A stretch of 64,000 nt of DNA from an uncultured Sphingomonadaceae bacterium (lineage in GTDB: Bacteria > Pseudomonadota > Alphaproteobacteria > Sphingomonadales > Sphingomonadaceae): NCBI GenBank assembly GCA_947488845.1, contig CANLBM010000002.1:86799-150798 (forward strand), written 5' to 3'. Of the stretch, positions 30,348 through 40,299 are shown piece by piece. The notes beneath the pieces were generated by a model, which saw nothing but the letters and a program-made list of their open reading frames with translations, did not search any database and was not told where the DNA came from. The position numbers were made by a program, and so were the translations under genes. The first letter of the stretch is position 1. The number at the start of each line of letters is the position of its first letter.

Positions 30348-31202
30348 ATGAGCTGGCTAAGCAATGTCCGCAACAAGATCGCGTCGATCACCAAGCGCGA
30401 AACGCCCGAGAATCTCTGGCACAAGTGCAAGAAATGCGAAGCGATGGTGTTCCTCAAGGAATATGAGGAAAATATGCACATCTGCCCGAAATGCGAGCAT
30501 CACGGCCGCATCGGTCCGATGACACGTTTCGCCCAGATCATGGACGAGAATAGCTGGAAAATGATTCCCTGGGCGGCGGTCCAGGAAGATCCGCTCAAAT
30601 TCAAAGACCAGAAGAAATATGCCGACCGGCTGAAAGACGCGCGGACCAAGACCGGCGAGCAGGATGCGCTGATCAATGCCCAGGGCACCATCGAGAATAT
30701 CCCCTGCGTTGTCGGGGTACAGGATTTTGCCTTCATGGGCGGTTCGATGGGACTGGCGGTGGGTCAGGCCTTTGTCGATGGTGCCAAGCGCGCTCTCAAG
30801 GACCAGTGCCCCTATATCATCTTCACCGCCGCCGGTGGCGCGCGGATGCAGGAGGGCATATTGTCGCTGATGCAGATGCCCAAGACCACGGTGGCAATTT
30901 CGATGCTGCGCGAGGCGGGTATCCCGTTCATCGTCGTGCTGACCGACCCGACCACCGGCGGCGTTACCGCCAGCTACGCGATGCTCGGCGACGTGCATAT
31001 TTCCGAACCCGGCGCGATGATCGGCTTTGCCGGACAGCGGGTGATCGAAAATACCATCCGCGAAAAACTGCCCGAGGGTTTCCAGACCGCAGAATATCTG
31101 CTCGAGCACGGCATGATCGACATAGTGGTGCACCGCAAGGAATTGCGTGCGACACTGGCACAGGTCATGGGCTATCTGATGGCATGGAAAACCGCCGCTT
31201 GA
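30348..31202 (+). CDS. accD: Acetyl-CoA carboxylase carboxyltransferase beta subunit
   Basis: Zn ribbon CKKC...[39 protein letters not shown]. Confidence 0.97.
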   Translation: MSWLSNVRNKIASITKRETPENLWHKCKKCEAMVFLKEYEENMHICPKCEHHGRIGPMTRFAQIMDENSWKMIPWAAVQEDPLKFKDQKKYADRLKDARTKTGEQDALINAQGTIENIPCVVGVQDFAFMGGSMGLAVGQAFVDGAKRALKDQCPYIIFTAAGGARMQEGILSLMQMPKTTVAISMLREAGIPFIVVLTDPTTGGVTASYAMLGDVHISEPGAMIGFAGQRVIENTIREKLPEGFQTAEYLLEHGMIDIVVHRKELRATLAQVMGYLMAWKTAA

Positions 31203-31204
31203 TT

Positions 31205-31312
31205 CCCCCTCCCGCTTGCGGGAGGGGTTAGGGGTGGGAATATCTCCATGATCAGAACCGCCGATTCCAATATTCAGGCCCACCCCCGGCCCCTCCCGCA
31301 AGCGGGAGGGGA
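31205..31312. repeat. REP/MITE-like family C copy (accD-folC junction)
   Basis: CCCCTCCCGCTTGCGGGAGGGGttagGGGTGGG ... CCCACCCCcggCCCCTCCCGCAAGCGGGAGGGG. Confidence 0.85.
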
Positions 31313-31316
31313 GTAG

Positions 31317-32639
31317 ATGGCCGACGGCGCACGTTCCGATAATCCGGCGGTCCAGAAACAGCTCGACCGGCTCGAGATGCTCTCGCCCGGCCGCGATGTG
31401 CTTGGGCTGGAGCGGATCAGCGAAGTCCTGAACCGTCTCGGCAATCCCCATGAAAAACTGCCCCCCGTCTTCCACGTCGCCGGCACCAACGGCAAGGGTT
31501 CGACCTGCGCCTTCCTGCGCGCCGCGATCGAGGCGGAAGGGCTCAAGGCCCATGTCTATACCAGCCCGCATCTGGTTCGCTTCAACGAGCGCATCCGGCT
31601 GGCCGGCCAGCTGGTCGAGGACGACTATCTAGCGGACCTGCTCGCAAGGGTTCTCGATATCAGCGAGGATATCAATCCGAGCTTCTTCGAGGCAACGACG
31701 GCAGCCGCCTTCCTCGCCTTCGCCGAGACACCGGCCGATGCCTGCATCCTGGAAGTGGGCCTCGGCGGCCGGCTCGACGCGACCAATGTGATCTCCAGCC
31801 CCGTCGCGACCGGCATAGCGGCGCTCGGCATCGACCACGAAGGCTTTCTGCTCTCCCCCGAAGAGGGCGCACCGGATGATCCGATGGTCCGCATCGCCTG
31901 GGAGAAAGCGGGCATCGCGAAGAAGAATGCGCCCTTGCTCACGCAAAAATATGCTGACGAAATGCTGCACGTGATCGCTGACCATGCTGCAAATATTGGT
32001 GCGCAGCATTTTCCGCGCGGCGATGAATGGGGTGCCGCGATTTACGAAGGCCAGTTGCACTACAAGGATCATAAAGGCAGGCTCAACCTGCCCCTGCCCG
32101 CCCTCGTCGGCGCGCATCAGGCAGACAATGCCGCGCTCGCCATCGCGATGCTGCGCCATCAGGACAAGCTCGCCATTTCCGATGCCGCGCTCAAGGCCGC
32201 CATGGGCTGGGCGCAATGGCCCGGCCGGATGCATTTCCTGATCGCCGGACCGGTAACCCACCTGCTGCCATCCGACGCAGAAGTCTGGGTCGACGGCGGC
32301 CATAATGTCAGCGCCGGACTGGCCCTCGCGAAATATTTTGCCGATTATGAAGCGGCGTCAATCGACCTGGTGATCGGGATGCTGTCGAACAAGGATGCCG
32401 CCGCGATCATCACGCCGCTGCACGAGAAGCTAGCCAGCGTGACGGTGATCCCGGTACCGGGCCATGAATCGCACGCTCTGGCCGATTATCCGGATGCCGG
32501 TGCCGCGATGACGGAAGCAAGCGATGTCAAAACTGCGCTACAGTCCATCTCGCTCAGCGCGGGCAAGACCGTACTGATCGCAGGATCGCTCTATCTGGCG
32601 GGCGACGTTCTGAAAGAGAACGAGCAGGTTCCGGATTAA
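31317..32639 (+). CDS. folC: Folylpolyglutamate synthase/dihydrofolate synthase
   Basis: HVAGTNGKGS, YTSPHL, EVGLGGRLDATN, WPGR, DGGHN, GSLYLAG. Confidence 0.95.
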   Translation: MADGARSDNPAVQKQLDRLEMLSPGRDVLGLERISEVLNRLGNPHEKLPPVFHVAGTNGKGSTCAFLRAAIEAEGLKAHVYTSPHLVRFNERIRLAGQLVEDDYLADLLARVLDISEDINPSFFEATTAAAFLAFAETPADACILEVGLGGRLDATNVISSPVATGIAALGIDHEGFLLSPEEGAPDDPMVRIAWEKAGIAKKNAPLLTQKYADEMLHVIADHAANIGAQHFPRGDEWGAAIYEGQLHYKDHKGRLNLPLPALVGAHQADNAALAIAMLRHQDKLAISDAALKAAMGWAQWPGRMHFLIAGPVTHLLPSDAEVWVDGGHNVSAGLALAKYFADYEAASIDLVIGMLSNKDAAAIITPLHEKLASVTVIPVPGHESHALADYPDAGAAMTEASDVKTALQSISLSAGKTVLIAGSLYLAGDVLKENEQVPD

Positions 32640-34333
32640 ACGCCCTTAAGCGCAATTTGGTCTATCCCCGACTTGGCGCCCAGACGCGAAATACGCACCC
32701 ATTCGATGATGCAGATTATCACCGCAATACCACCCATGAGCGTAGTCAGAATGAACACCTGAAAATAGCCCTGTTCCTCGATCATCTGACCCAATGCGCC
32801 ACGACCCAATGTCCCGACCAGCATGGTGAGCGATGAAAGCAGCGCATATTGAACCGCGCTATAACCCTTGGCGACAATCGACGACAAATAGGCGACAAAG
32901 GCTGCTCCGGCGATACCGACAGCAATATTCTCGCCAGCAATAGCCATCATCAGCTTCGCAAGCCCGGCGTCACCGCCCAGATTGGCAACCAGCCAGGTGA
33001 AGCCGGTTATATCGCTGACCGATTGCACCACTGCTCCTCCTCTCGCCAGATCAGCGTAGAGCAAGTTGGTTGCAGCCGCGAGAACAGCGCCCAGGGTAAG
33101 GGTTAACATGCGGCCCAAAGTAGTGAGCATATAACCGCCGGCCGCCAGACCGATCATCAACGCACCAATACCAAAAAACTTCGAGGCCACAGCGACTTCG
33201 TCTTTGGTATATTGGAGTTCGCCGAGATAGAATGGATAGGCAAAGCTACCCCATATAGAATCTGTAATCCGATAGGTCAGAACCAGCCCCAGAATAACGA
33301 TCAGCGCCCAGCCCAACCGTCCGACAAATTCGGTGAGAGGAAGGACTAGCGCGCGGTAGCCATGGTCAAGAAACCGTCCGGCGGTCGATTCCGCGGGCAC
33401 ATCCTTGGTCAACAGATATTGACCCTTGCGTTCGAAACGCACCAGCAATGCTGAAATAAAGACCGGGATCACCACCGTAGCCACGACAATCAGCGGCCCC
33501 ATCGTGGAGATGAATGCGACGGAATCCGGACGGGTCTCGGCATCGCTACCCAGCGACCGGACCATAAATGTTCCCACCGTCAGCAAGGCCCAGCCCCACA
33601 GAACTGCGACCGCCAGCAGCGCCCATCCACGGACTCGCGGATCGAGCTGCCCGGTTTTCCGCAAGCCATGTTCATCGGCCATTTCGGTTGCAGTCTGGAC
33701 GGTTGTCTCAGCATCGGGCGCAAACAGGCCGGCGAAACCGATCAGGAGCATGATCGCCCCCATGGTCATGTAAACTGTTGGCCAGTCGGTCCGCTCAGCC
33801 AGAAACAGCGCCAGTGCGCCGCCAACAAGGGCAGCGATCCTGTAGCCCATTTGATAAACGGTAGACAGAATATCGATTGTTGCGACTTCGTCGGCCACAT
33901 CGACCCGCCATGCGTCGATGACGACATCCTGCGTAGCTGAGGCAAAAGCACCTATTCCTGCCAACAGGGAAAATAGTCCAAGCGACGACACCGGATTGAG
34001 CGTGGCAAGGACGACCAGAATGAAGCCGAGCAGGATTTGCGCGGTGACGATCCATTGCTTGCGTTTTCCCAGCCTTTTCAGGAACGGGACGTTGATGCGA
34101 TCAAGCGCTGGCGACCACAGAAATTTGAACGCATAAGCCAGACCAATCAGCGAGAACACGCCCATGGTTTCCAGATCGACCTCGGCGTCCGAGAGCCATG
34201 CATAGAGAGTTCCGAGGAGCAAAGCATAAGGCAAGCCCGCAGCGAAACCGAAAATGGCCATGAACAGAGTTTTGCGATTGCCCAATGACGCGATAACTTT
34301 GCGCCATCCCAATTTTTCTACCTGCTCACTCAC
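32636..34333 (-). CDS. ampG: AmpG family muropeptide MFS permease
   Basis: GFAAGLPYAL, FKFLWSP, SATQDVVIDAWR, YSAVQYALLSS. Confidence 0.85.
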   Translation of the reverse strand: MSEQVEKLGWRKVIASLGNRKTLFMAIFGFAAGLPYALLLGTLYAWLSDAEVDLETMGVFSLIGLAYAFKFLWSPALDRINVPFLKRLGKRKQWIVTAQILLGFILVVLATLNPVSSLGLFSLLAGIGAFASATQDVVIDAWRVDVADEVATIDILSTVYQMGYRIAALVGGALALFLAERTDWPTVYMTMGAIMLLIGFAGLFAPDAETTVQTATEMADEHGLRKTGQLDPRVRGWALLAVAVLWGWALLTVGTFMVRSLGSDAETRPDSVAFISTMGPLIVVATVVIPVFISALLVRFERKGQYLLTKDVPAESTAGRFLDHGYRALVLPLTEFVGRLGWALIVILGLVLTYRITDSIWGSFAYPFYLGELQYTKDEVAVASKFFGIGALMIGLAAGGYMLTTLGRMLTLTLGAVLAAATNLLYADLARGGAVVQSVSDITGFTWLVANLGGDAGLAKLMMAIAGENIAVGIAGAAFVAYLSSIVAKGYSAVQYALLSSLTMLVGTLGRGALGQMIEEQGYFQVFILTTLMGGIAVIICIIEWVRISRLGAKSGIDQIALKGV

Positions 34334-34406
34334 GCCAGTTTCTCCCTCGAACTGCAGGAATCTTTAGCGCCTATTCACCTGAATGCCAGCTTGATTTTGT
34401 CACGGG

Positions 34407-35186
34407 TCAGATATCGAGCAACCTGGCACCGACAATTGCCCCTGCTCCGGGGCGTTGCAATATGATTGCATATTTGTCCGCCCCGCGGACCCTGAAATTC
34501 TCCGGCGATATCGCAAATTCCATCGGTCGGCCGCGCCAGCTGCCGAGATTGCGTTCGGCCTTCACCACATTGACATAATGCGTCGTCCGTCCACCATTTT
34601 CACCACGTCCGACGCGCACCGTCTCCGAGGAGCTGAGCGCGATCAGGGAAATCCCGGCGAGATAGTCGGACTTGCCGCTGATGCGGATGATCATCTGTCC
34701 GCCGGCACCGGTCACAGCCGTGATCGTCGGACCAGACCGGTCAGCCCGCCGGACCAGCGACCGAATATCATTTTCGCGAGACCCCACTGCTCCACCACCG
34801 CCGTTGACCACCATTTGCGGGGTATATACCCCCGATCCTTCACGACGCTTGGCGGCATAAGCGCGCTGTAACCGTGTATTATCTTCGCGCGCCAGCGTGT
34901 CCTTCCAGCCGAGCCGGTCCCAGTAAGTCACCGGCCGCGTGATCACCAGCAGGGAGTCGTCTTTTGCCAGCCGTCTGGCCAGCAAATCTGCGGGGGGACA
35001 GGACGAACAGCCCTGACTGGTGAAAAGCTCGATGACCACCGGATTGGAGCTCGCGGTGGCATCGGAACGGCTAGCCGTGGTTGTCACCGGAACCGCACTG
35101 GCTGCAGAACTCGGTGCCAGTTGCGCGCCGACAAATCCGGCAAAAGCCGCTCCGCCGATCAACGCACACAAGACAATCGTTTTCAT
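34407..35186 (-). CDS. Secreted thioredoxin-like protein (DUF1223)
   Basis: ELFTSQGCSSCPPAD, VTYWDRLGWKDT, YTPQMVVNG, RGENGGR; GGAG before ATG 35186. Confidence 0.85.
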   Translation of the reverse strand: MKTIVLCALIGGAAFAGFVGAQLAPSSAASAVPVTTTASRSDATASSNPVVIELFTSQGCSSCPPADLLARRLAKDDSLLVITRPVTYWDRLGWKDTLAREDNTRLQRAYAAKRREGSGVYTPQMVVNGGGGAVGSRENDIRSLVRRADRSGPTITAVTGAGGQMIIRISGKSDYLAGISLIALSSSETVRVGRGENGGRTTHYVNVVKAERNLGSWRGRPMEFAISPENFRVRGADKYAIILQRPGAGAIVGARLLDI

Positions 35187-35282
35187 TTTCCACTCCGGAC
35201 TAGGTGACAATAGTCATTCGCAGCCACCACAGCATAGGTTACAGATTGCGGACAGCGCATTTTTCCGCCATGGAACCCGCCT

Positions 35283-36092
35283 ATGACCGAAGAAAAACCA
35301 GCAAAGATATATCGCGCAAAACCGACCCCCGGAGCAAAATCGGCGGCGAAACCGGCACCAGCGCCGAACGATGTCCGCGAAGGGCAGCGCATTGCCAAGC
35401 TTCTCGGCCGTGCCGGTGTCGCATCGCGGCGCGAAATCGAGCGGATGATCGAAGCCGGGCGGATTGAACTGAACGGCAATCTTGTCGAACATCCCTCGCT
35501 GTTGCTCAGGAACCTGACCGGAATAACCGTCGATGGCAACCCGGTTGCCGAACCGGCGCCGGCCAAGCTCTACCGTTTTCACAAGCCCAACGGCTATCTG
35601 ACCGCAGAACGCGATTTTTCCGGCAAGAAGACCATTTATGATGTCCTGCCCGACATGGAACGGGTGATGCCGATCGGTCGCCTCGACATGAACACCGAGG
35701 GTCTGTTGCTGATGACCACCGACGGCGAGTTCAAGCGCGAGATGGAATTGCCCAAAAACGGTATCGAACGCACCTACCGGGCGCGGACGTTCGGCGACAT
35801 CAGCCAGAACCAGCTCGAGGAACTCTATCGCGGCATCACGATCGAGGGCATGCATTATGGCCCGATTACCGCCAATCTCGAACGGCGCACCGGTCGCAAC
35901 CAGTGGATCGAAATGACCCTGACAGAAGGCAAGAACCGCGAAGTGCGCCGGGTGCTGGAACATTTCGGGCTCGAAGTATCACGCCTGATCCGGACCCGTT
36001 ACGGCCCGTTCGTGCTTGGCGATCTGCAAAAAGGCGAGATCGAGGTCGTGCGGCAGCATGATCTGGTGCAATTTCGCAAGTCGTTGAAATAG
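35283..36092 (+). CDS. rluB: rRNA pseudouridine synthase (RluB/RsuA family)
   Basis: S4 domain (RIAKLLGRAGVASRRE), GRLDMNTEGLLL, EGKNREVRR. Confidence 0.85.
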   Translation: MTEEKPAKIYRAKPTPGAKSAAKPAPAPNDVREGQRIAKLLGRAGVASRREIERMIEAGRIELNGNLVEHPSLLLRNLTGITVDGNPVAEPAPAKLYRFHKPNGYLTAERDFSGKKTIYDVLPDMERVMPIGRLDMNTEGLLLMTTDGEFKREMELPKNGIERTYRARTFGDISQNQLEELYRGITIEGMHYGPITANLERRTGRNQWIEMTLTEGKNREVRRVLEHFGLEVSRLIRTRYGPFVLGDLQKGEIEVVRQHDLVQFRKSLK

Positions 36093-36095
36093 GAC

Positions 36096-36113
36096 CAGGC
36101 TCAGGACGAACGG
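36096..36113. repeat. Solitary right arm of family B repeat
   Basis: CAGGCTCAGGACGAACGG in the 27-bp rluB-rsmD spacer; no partner arm. Confidence 0.6.
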
Positions 36114-36119
36114 AACGAG

Positions 36120-36668
36120 ATGCGCATAATTGCTGGTAAATGGCGGGGCCGGACCATCGTTGCCCCCAAGGGCGAGATAACCCGTCCAACCGCCGACCGC
36201 ACCCGCGAACGGCTATTTTCTATGCTGACCAGCCGGCTCGGTGATTTCGAAGATTTGCAGATACTCGACCTGTTTTCCGGATCCGGTGCGCTGGGTCTCG
36301 AGGCTTTGTCGCGCGGCGCTGCCCATTGCACCTTTGTCGAACAGGATCGTGACGCGATCAGGGCACTGGAGAAGAATATCGAAAAACTTGATGCCGGTGC
36401 CGTTAGCGATGTCCGGATCGGTTCGGTTCTGCATCTTGGCCAGGCCCGCAAGCCCTATGACCTGATCCTGATGGATCCGCCCTATGATTCCGGCGCTGGC
36501 GCCGTGGCACTGGACAAGCTCGGCCGCCACGGCTGGTTCGCGCCTTCAAGCTGGATTGCGGTTGAAACCGGCAGGACCGAAGACGTGGTCGTAAAGGGAT
36601 TTGATCTGGATTGTGTCCGTAACAGCAGCAAGGCGCGCATTCATCTGCTGCGCCCGGAAGGCATTTAG
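36120..36668 (+). CDS. rsmD: 16S rRNA m2G966 methyltransferase
   Basis: MRIIAGKWRG, RPTADR, DLFSGSGALGLEALSRGA, DPPY. Confidence 0.95.
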   Translation: MRIIAGKWRGRTIVAPKGEITRPTADRTRERLFSMLTSRLGDFEDLQILDLFSGSGALGLEALSRGAAHCTFVEQDRDAIRALEKNIEKLDAGAVSDVRIGSVLHLGQARKPYDLILMDPPYDSGAGAVALDKLGRHGWFAPSSWIAVETGRTEDVVVKGFDLDCVRNSSKARIHLLRPEGI

Positions 36669-36790
36669 CCGCCCATCAGGACGGTCATCGATGCTGTTTC
36701 AATATGGCCTTGCTGCGCGATGCTGTAAAAGCTCGTAGCGGCCATCAACAGGGTAGCGACAATTGCGCTGGCGGTCAGTCTCTTGCTCAT
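36665..36790 (-). CDS. 41-aa small, probably secreted or membrane-anchored protein (not in ORF track)
   Basis: AGGAG 6 nt upstream; MSKRLTASAIVATLLMAATSFYSIAQQGHIETASMTVLMGG-stop. Confidence 0.6.
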   Translation of the reverse strand: MSKRLTASAIVATLLMAATSFYSIAQQGHIETASMTVLMGG

Positions 36791-36930
36791 TTCATACTCC
36801 TGGGGGGATGCTTTGACGTCCATTGGTTAACAAATGGTGCGTCGCAACATATTTATCAACCTGTCCTTTGGTTCAGGGATATGAATAGAGGCGGGACCGC
36901 TTCATTAGCGCCCCCGCCGGATGCAACAAC

Positions 36931-37251
36931 CTATTCATCGACGGGAGCATCACCATCAGCGGCTGGCATTTCTTCGGTTGCAGGGCCCTTGTCACTGGCC
37001 GGTTTTCCGGGCCAGTAATCCAGCGCCCGATTGCCCCAGTTCAGGCCCGCCTCGCGCGGGTTGATGCAGCTGTCGAGCACGTCCTTTGTGCAAACAGCCA
37101 CTTCCTTGCCGTCAATCATCACGGTCTTGCCGTCCTTGGCCGCCACGGGCTTCGTGGCCTGCGCGCCGTCTTCAGGCTGATTTGCATGTGCCACGCCACC
37201 GATCATCAATCCGGTTGCCGCAACGGCGCTCCATATCAATCGCTTGCTCAT
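36931..37251 (-). CDS. Secreted hypothetical protein with a two-Cys motif
   Basis: AAGGA upstream; signal peptide MSKRLIWSAVAATGLMIGGVAHA; VCTKDVLDSCINPREAG...YWPGKPAS; acidic tail. Confidence 0.75.
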   Translation of the reverse strand: MSKRLIWSAVAATGLMIGGVAHANQPEDGAQATKPVAAKDGKTVMIDGKEVAVCTKDVLDSCINPREAGLNWGNRALDYWPGKPASDKGPATEEMPAADGDAPVDE

Positions 37252-37350
37252 TTCCATTTCCTTCATCTCGGTTGATCCGGTTATGCTACAATGATCTGGA
37301 TCGGGAAAAGTTCCGCAAAAGGCCCTAATCCACTTGCCGCCGTCGCCGAT

Positions 37351-37365
37351 GTTCCCTAACTGTTC
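37351..37365 (+). promoter_or_regulatory. LexA (SOS) box upstream of uvrD
   Basis: GTTC-CCTAACT-GTTC, 4 bp before the GTG at 37370. Confidence 0.75.
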
Positions 37366-37369
37366 ACGC

Positions 37370-39667
37370 GTGTCCGAACCTGTCAAACATCAGCAAGAAT
37401 CCGATCCGCCTTATGTGAAGGGATTGAACGCGCCGCAGCGCGAAGCCGTTCTCACGACCGAAGGCCCGGTATTGGTGCTGGCTGGCGCAGGCACCGGCAA
37501 GACCGCCGCCCTCACCCGGCGACTGGCGCATATCGTCTTTTCGCGCAAGGCCTGGCCGAGCGAGATTCTCGCGGTGACCTTTACCAACAAGGCCGCCCGC
37601 GAGATGAAGGAACGGATCGGGGCAATCGTCGGCGAGAGTTTCGAAGGCATGCCGTGGCTCGGTACCTTCCACAGCATCGGCGCGAAAATGCTGCGGCAGC
37701 ATGCCGAGCTGGTCGGCCTGCAGAGCAATTTCACCATTCTCGATACCGATGACCAGCTGCGGCTGCTCAAGCAGCTGATCCGCGCCGCCGAGATTGACGA
37801 GAAACGCTGGCCCCCACGGATGCTGGCCGGCCTGATCGACCAGTGGAAGAACCGGGGGCTCAATCCCCGGGACCTCGATGCCAGTGAAAACGAACGCTAC
37901 GCCAATGGCCGCGGCCAGGAATTTTACGCTGCCTATCAGGCCAGACTGATCGCGCTCAACGCCTGCGATTTTGGCGATCTTCTGCTCCATATTCTCAACC
38001 TGCTGAAAACCGACCGGCAGATATTGAAACGCTATCAGGAGCGGTTCAAATATATTCTCGTCGACGAATATCAGGACACCAACAGCTCGCAATATCTCTG
38101 GCTGCGGCTGCTCGCCCAGAGCCATCAAAATATCTGCTGCGTCGGCGATGATGACCAGTCGATCTATTCTTGGCGCGGCGCGGAGGTCGCGAACATCCTG
38201 CGCTTCGAGAAGGATTTTCCCGAAGCCAAGGTGGTCAAGCTGGAGCAGAATTACCGCTCCACCCCGCATATTCTCGCCGCCGCATCGGGTCTGATCAACC
38301 ATAATAGCGGTCGTCTCGGCAAGACATTGTGGACCGAGGAAACCGAAGGCGAAAAAGTACAGGTTGTCGGCGTCTGGGACGGTCCCGAGGAAGCCCGCCG
38401 CGCCGGCGACGAGATCGAGGCGCTGCAGCAGATCAAGCAGGCATCGCTGAACGATGTCGCGATTCTCGTCCGCGCCCAGTTCCAGACCCGCGAGTTCGAG
38501 GACCGTTTCATCTCGATTGGCATGCCCTACAAGATCGTCGGTGGCTTCCGTTTTTACGAGCGTCAGGAAATCCGTGATGCCCTCGCCTATCTGCGGGTGA
38601 TCGCCCAGCCCGCCGACGATCTCGCCTTCGAACGGATCGTAAACACGCCCAAGCGCGGCCTTGGGGATAAAACTGTGGAAAAAGTCCACCGCCTCGCCCG
38701 CGCCCAGGGCATATCGATGCCCGCTGCTGCGCTCAGCATCTGCGATACCGACGAACTGCCGACCCGCGCGCGCAGCACCTTGCTCGGACTGATGCGCAAT
38801 TTCGGGCGCTGGCGCGAACTGGCCGGCGTAACCGATCACGCCGAGCTGACCCGGATCGTCCTCGACGAATGCGGCTATACGACGATGCTCCAGGCCGACC
38901 GTTCTACCGAAGCCGCCGGTCGCCTCGAGAATCTCACCGAACTCGCCCGCGCGATGGAAGAATATGAAACGCTCGGCGATTTTCTCGAACATGTCAGCCT
39001 CGTCATGGACAATGACGCCCGCGACGACGAGGCCAAGGTCACGATATTGACCATGCACGGCGCAAAAGGACTCGAATATGAATATGTCTTTTGCGCCGGC
39101 TGGGAAGAAGGCGTGTTTCCCTCGCAGCGCAGCCTTGACGAAGGCGGCATAGCCAGCCTCGAGGAAGAACGCCGCCTCGCCTATGTCGCGATCACCCGCG
39201 CCCGAAAGAAATGCACGATCTTCCACGCCGCCAACCGGCGAATCTACGGCCAGTGGAACAGCGCGATCCCCTCGCGCTTCATCGGCGAATTGCCGGAGGA
39301 CCATATCGAGCAGGAAAGCAGCATGAGCGGCGGCGAAAGCCTGTGGCGCGCCAACTGGAGCGAGAACAGCGACCCGTTCGCCCATCTCGCCTCGGCCAAT
39401 GCCACCCGCGCCGGAAAACGCGGCCCCGGCTGGCAGCGCGCGGCATCATCGGGCTTCGACAAGACCCCGAAAAACATAAAGGAAGCCCGCCGCAGCGCCG
39501 TCTCCCTCGGCAGCAAGGGCCGCGACGACGTAAAAGTCGGCATGCGCGTCTTCCACACCAAATTCGGCTATGGCGAAGTGAAGGTGAAGGAAGGCAACAA
39601 GCTGGAGATCGCGTTCGAGAAGTCGGGTGACAAAAGGGTTTTGGACAGTTTTGTGGAGGTGGCTTGA
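37370..39667 (+). CDS. uvrD: ATP-dependent DNA helicase UvrD/PcrA
   Basis: AGAGTGKT, FTNKAA, LVDEYQD, VGDDDQSIY.WRGA, QNYRST, MHGAKGLE, EERRLAYVAITRA, C-terminal HTKFGYG. Confidence 0.96.
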   Translation: MSEPVKHQQESDPPYVKGLNAPQREAVLTTEGPVLVLAGAGTGKTAALTRRLAHIVFSRKAWPSEILAVTFTNKAAREMKERIGAIVGESFEGMPWLGTFHSIGAKMLRQHAELVGLQSNFTILDTDDQLRLLKQLIRAAEIDEKRWPPRMLAGLIDQWKNRGLNPRDLDASENERYANGRGQEFYAAYQARLIALNACDFGDLLLHILNLLKTDRQILKRYQERFKYILVDEYQDTNSSQYLWLRLLAQSHQNICCVGDDDQSIYSWRGAEVANILRFEKDFPEAKVVKLEQNYRSTPHILAAASGLINHNSGRLGKTLWTEETEGEKVQVVGVWDGPEEARRAGDEIEALQQIKQASLNDVAILVRAQFQTREFEDRFISIGMPYKIVGGFRFYERQEIRDALAYLRVIAQPADDLAFERIVNTPKRGLGDKTVEKVHRLARAQGISMPAAALSICDTDELPTRARSTLLGLMRNFGRWRELAGVTDHAELTRIVLDECGYTTMLQADRSTEAAGRLENLTELARAMEEYETLGDFLEHVSLVMDNDARDDEAKVTILTMHGAKGLEYEYVFCAGWEEGVFPSQRSLDEGGIASLEEERRLAYVAITRARKKCTIFHAANRRIYGQWNSAIPSRFIGELPEDHIEQESSMSGGESLWRANWSENSDPFAHLASANATRAGKRGPGWQRAASSGFDKTPKNIKEARRSAVSLGSKGRDDVKVGMRVFHTKFGYGEVKVKEGNKLEIAFEKSGDKRVLDSFVEVA

Positions 39668-39696
39668 GGGCTACCGGTAATATTAAGGCTACACGT

Positions 39697-39767
39697 CCGT
39701 TCGTCCTGAGCTTGTCGAAGGACCTCTAGCGGCGAAAGCAGTGGTTCGACAGGCTCACCACGAACGG
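39697..39767. repeat. REP/MITE-like family B copy downstream of uvrD
   Basis: CCGTTCGTCCTGAGCTTGTCGAAGG ... GGTTCGACAGGCTCACCACGAACGG. Confidence 0.85.
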
Positions 39768-39778
39768 TTCTGCTCTCA

Positions 39779-39993
39779 CCCCCTCCTTTTCAAAGGAGGG
39801 GTCAGGGGTGGTTTATGAGGAAATTGGTTCGATGCCAATTTCTGAATTTTGCGAACGCAGGCAGACCTCTATCAATCTCTCACTTTCATGGAATGGAATA
39901 ACCGCGAACCGGGTCGATGCCGGTGAGTGGCTTTTTCGCGCAAGCTCGGCTTCGCCTCGCCACCACCCCAACCCCTCCTCTGAAGAGGAGGGG
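39779..39993. repeat. REP/MITE-like family C long copy (~215 bp)
   Basis: CCCCTCCTTTTCAAAGGAGGGGtcaGGGGTGGT ... ACCACCCCaaCCCCTCCTCTGAAGAGGAGGGG around ~150 bp with no recognisable ORF. Confidence 0.8.
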
Positions 39994-40003
39994 CCTTGAG
40001 TCT

Positions 40004-40291
40004 TCACCCCACCACCGACATCTTCACCCCCAGCGCCTTCAATATCGCGAGCAGCGTATCGAGCGTCGGATTGCCGCCCTCGCCCAGCGCCTTGTAGAGC
40101 GCCGAACGGGACAGGCCGGTCTGCTTTTGCAGATCGGTCATCCCGCGCGCGCGCGCGACATCATTCAGCGCGACGCGGATCAGTTCGGAATCACCCTCCT
40201 CGAAGGCAACCGCCAGATATTCCGCGATTATCTCTTCGCAGTCGAGATATTCGGTAACATCCCAGGGTTTCAATTCCAGTTTATCAGCCAT
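40004..40291 (-). CDS. Type II antitoxin, HTH addiction-module antidote (HI1420/HigA-like)
   Basis: WDVTEYL...EYL, ALNDVARARGMT, GLSRSALYKAL...GNPTLDTLL.ILKALG. Confidence 0.9.
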   Translation of the reverse strand: MADKLELKPWDVTEYLDCEEIIAEYLAVAFEEGDSELIRVALNDVARARGMTDLQKQTGLSRSALYKALGEGGNPTLDTLLAILKALGVKMSVVG

Positions 40292-40299
40292 CACGATAC

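Noticed and set aside
32636-32639. Tail-to-tail stop overlaps (folC/ampG; also rsmD/small ORF and SDR/serine hydrolase)
   Set aside because: Common in compact genomes; no evidence of antisense control.
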